Positions 61,975 to 64,000 of a stretch of 64,000 nt of DNA are shown piece after piece. The stretch is from NCBI GenBank assembly GCA_003221515.1, contig QHSI01000104.1:32568-96567 (forward strand). Reading direction: 5' to 3'. Numbering within the stretch: the first letter of the stretch is position 1; every line of letters begins with the position of its first letter. Made by a program: the position numbers and the translations under genes. The notes beneath the pieces were generated by a model. That model had not been told where the DNA came from. It searched no databases and was given only the letters and a program-made list of their open reading frames with translations. The stretch comes from Candidatus Rokuibacteriota bacterium (GTDB lineage Bacteria; Methylomirabilota; Methylomirabilia; Rokubacteriales; CSP1-6).

Positions 61975-64000
61975 GGCTCGCGCTCGGACACCGATCCGTG
62001 CGCGGCCTGATCCTCCTTCTCGTCGGTCTCCTCACGCTCTGGTCCGTCGCCGGCTTCCTGCTGTCGCGCCAGCTCGCGTCGCGCCAGGCGACCACCGTCG
62101 GCGCCGCGCTCGCGTCTGTCCAGGCCATCGTGGCGACCGCGTTCGAGGACGTGCGCCGCGAGGCGTGGCTTCTGTCCCAGGACCCGGCGGTCGTCGAGGG
62201 CACGAACCGAAGCGACTGGGCCACGCTCGCACGCGGCGCGGGGCCGCGGATGCAGGCGTTGACGCGAGAGCGCTTCGCCGACCTGCTGCTCATCGTCGAC
62301 GCGACCGGCACCCCGCTGGTCCAGGTGCCGGTGGCGCGGCCCGTCCTCGTGCCGGCGATGGCCCGGCCGCGGGAGACCGTCGCGCGCCTCGCCGTCGTCG
62401 ACGAGCGGCTCTACGTCCTCGGCATCGCGCCGCTGCCCTCCGGCATGGTGGTCGTCGGCCGGCGCTTCGAGGCGCTCGAAGCCTCGCTGGCGCGCTTGCC
62501 GGCGCGTGCCGCGCTCGTGGTGGTCTCGGGCGACCGGGCTCTCGGCTCCACGCTGGCCGGCGCGCCGACGCAGGGCTGGGAGGCCGTCGTCCGGGCCGGG
62601 CAGATGAGCATCAAGGGCGAGTCGTGGACCTTACGTCCGGTCGCCGAAGCCGGCGGCGGCCTCTGGGTGCTGGTGTCCGAGCGCGAGCATCACGGTGAGA
62701 GTCGGCGGCTCTGGTTCTGGTGGGCGGTCTCGCTCTGCGGCGCGGTGGCCGCCGCGGTCGGCGTGGTCGTCGTCGGCATGGTCGGGGGGCGGTCGAGCGC
62801 CCCGACCGACGGCGAAGCGCGCAAGGGCTCGCCGCGCGAGGCGCCGTCGCGAGAGCTGCGCGGGCCTGAGGGACGCGAGGCGCCGGCCGCGCGGCGCAGC
62901 CGCGAGCTGGAGGCGCTGCACGCCATCGCGGTGGCGACCGGCAGCGGCGACGACCTCGGCGTCACCGCCGAGCGCACACTCGAAGTGGCGTGCGCGCTGG
63001 CGCGGACGCCCGCCGGGGGCGTGCTCCGCTACGACCGCGCGGCGGAGACGCTCGTCCTGGTCGGCCATCGCGGTCTTCCGCCCGCCGACGTGGAGCGGCT
63101 CCGCGTCCGCCCGCTCGAGGGGAGCCACGTCGGCGAGGTGATCCGCACCGGCCGTCCCGTCGTCGCGGACCTCGCGGCGTCGCACGTGCTGACGCCCGAG
63201 CTCGCCGAACGAGTCACGGCCGAAGGCTACCGGACCCAGCTCGCGCTGCCGATCCCGGTGAGCGGCCGGACGTGGGGCGTGATGGCGTTGATCTCACGGG
63301 ACGTGCTCGCCTTCGACGCCGACGAGCTGAATTTGTTCCAGGCGGTCGCGCATCAGGTGGGGCAGGGGGTCGCCCGCGCCACCCTCCTGGCCGAGAGTCG
63401 CGAGAAGAGCCGCCGGCTCGAGACGCTCGCGCGCCTGGCCCACACGCTGACCGCCACGCTGTCGCTCGACGAGGTGTTCCAGCGCGTGGTCGACGCCGCG
63501 GTCGAGCTGTTCGGCTCGAGCGCCGCGCAGCTGTGGATCGTGGACGACGACGAGCGTCACGTCTCGCTCCGGACCGAGGCGGGGACGACCGGTCGAGCGA
63601 ATCTGGTCGCGCGTCTGCCGGTGGGCGACGGGCTGGTCGGGAGCGTCGTCGCCACGGGCGAGCCGCTCGAGGTCCTGGACGTGCTCAACGACCCACGCTC
63701 CCGTTTCGTCGAGCGTGTCCGCGCCGAAGGCGTGGTCAGCGTCGTCATCGTGCCGCTGGAGGTCGGAGTCCGAGCCCTCGGCGCGCTCGCCCTCGGCGCC
63801 CGCGTCCGGCACGCCCACACCCTCGAAGAGATCCAGCTCCTGGGCTCCCTGGCCTCGCACGCCGCGAACGCGATCAACAACGCCAAGGCGTTCGCCGACG
63901 AGCGCGCCCGGCGCGCGTACCTGGCGGCGCTGCTCGAGATCAACAAGAAGATCGGCGGGGTGACGCCGACCGCCGGGCTGCTCTCCTCGATCGCCGAGGA
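61971..64000 (+). CDS. Membrane-bound sensor protein with periplasmic domain between two TM helices and tandem GAF domains (probable sensor kinase/signal-transduction protein), 3' partial - continues beyond window
   Basis: Open frame verified codon by codon from GTG 61971 (GTGA overlap with pyk) to window end; not in ORF track because no stop in window; GAF-like 'RTWGVMALISRDV.AFDADELNLFQAVAHQVGQGVA' and 'VVSVVIVPLEVGVRALGALALGAR'. Confidence 0.7.
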   Translation, partial: MRLALGHRSVRGLILLLVGLLTLWSVAGFLLSRQLASRQATTVGAALASVQAIVATAFEDVRREAWLLSQDPAVVEGTNRSDWATLARGAGPRMQALTRERFADLLLIVDATGTPLVQVPVARPVLVPAMARPRETVARLAVVDERLYVLGIAPLPSGMVVVGRRFEALEASLARLPARAALVVVSGDRALGSTLAGAPTQGWEAVVRAGQMSIKGESWTLRPVAEAGGGLWVLVSEREHHGESRRLWFWWAVSLCGAVAAAVGVVVVGMVGGRSSAPTDGEARKGSPREAPSRELRGPEGREAPAARRSRELEALHAIAVATGSGDDLGVTAERTLEVACALARTPAGGVLRYDRAAETLVLVGHRGLPPADVERLRVRPLEGSHVGEVIRTGRPVVADLAASHVLTPELAERVTAEGYRTQLALPIPVSGRTWGVMALISRDVLAFDADELNLFQAVAHQVGQGVARATLLAESREKSRRLETLARLAHTLTATLSLDEVFQRVVDAAVELFGSSAAQLWIVDDDERHVSLRTEAGTTGRANLVARLPVGDGLVGSVVATGEPLEVLDVLNDPRSRFVERVRAEGVVSVVIVPLEVGVRALGALALGARVRHAHTLEEIQLLGSLASHAANAINNAKAFADERARRAYLAALLEINKKIGGVTPTAGLLSSIAE

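Overview
Overview: a 64 kb window of very high-GC (~68-70%) bacterial DNA, densely coding, with most genes joined by ATGA/GTGA overlaps (operons). The content is transport and acyl-CoA catabolism.
- Five ABC systems are present: a LivGF tail at 1-1188, a NitT/TauT-type importer (11020-13353), an Opp/Dpp-like SBP-B-C set (13714-17110, minus strand), a complete LivGFK-HM system (21830-27029), and two tandem 'acyl-CoA ligase + LivGHM-SBP-LivF' cassettes (28553-42658).
- A branched-chain/valine catabolic block (3353-11023) encodes EtfBA, two acyl-CoA dehydrogenases, IlvE, and a split B12 mutase whose active-site residues (Phe/Gln where methylmalonyl-CoA mutase has Tyr/Arg) mark it as isobutyryl-CoA mutase.
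- Other genes: trpD, a GntR regulator, crotonases (one MenB/BadI-like), a lipoprotein truncated haemoglobin, PfkB kinase, transaldolase, a quinone-oxidoreductase-type MDR dehydrogenase, FdhE-like, an AMP-dependent synthetase/ligase (FAAL-like), M28-PDZ peptidase, ALDH, YbaK, LmbE-like deacetylase, UvrA, pyruvate kinase and a GAF sensor running off the end.

The most unusual content is non-genic.
(1) A dispersed repeat family has a ~60-70 bp core at four intergenic sites, three carrying variable minisatellite arrays (21-, 42- and 36/37-bp units). A fifth, partly duplicated copy sits IN-FRAME inside the conserved uvrA coding sequence, adding ~27 aa, as Rickettsia RPE elements do.
(2) A second, ~160-bp MITE-like family with 35-43 bp terminal inverted repeats has three copies, one supplying the last codons and stop of the PfkB gene. 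A further 145-bp inverted-repeat element lies between an SBP and livF.
(3) A membrane-anchored thioredoxin-fold redoxin gene has an in-frame TGA exactly at the first Cys of its WCPFC motif, followed ~15 nt later by a 7-bp hairpin. This is a candidate selenoprotein (UxxC).

Smaller points: a sigma54-like promoter ahead of a 67-aa Cys-rich ORF; a GT-N6-AC operator palindrome at the gntR start; two TATAAT boxes 7-9 nt upstream of start codons (leaderless?); tandem paralogous unknown membrane proteins; and two decayed gene remnants (AzgA-like permease, DUF3830-like). No rRNA, tRNA or CRISPR was seen.

All functional calls come from reading the translated ORFs against remembered family motifs; no database search was run.
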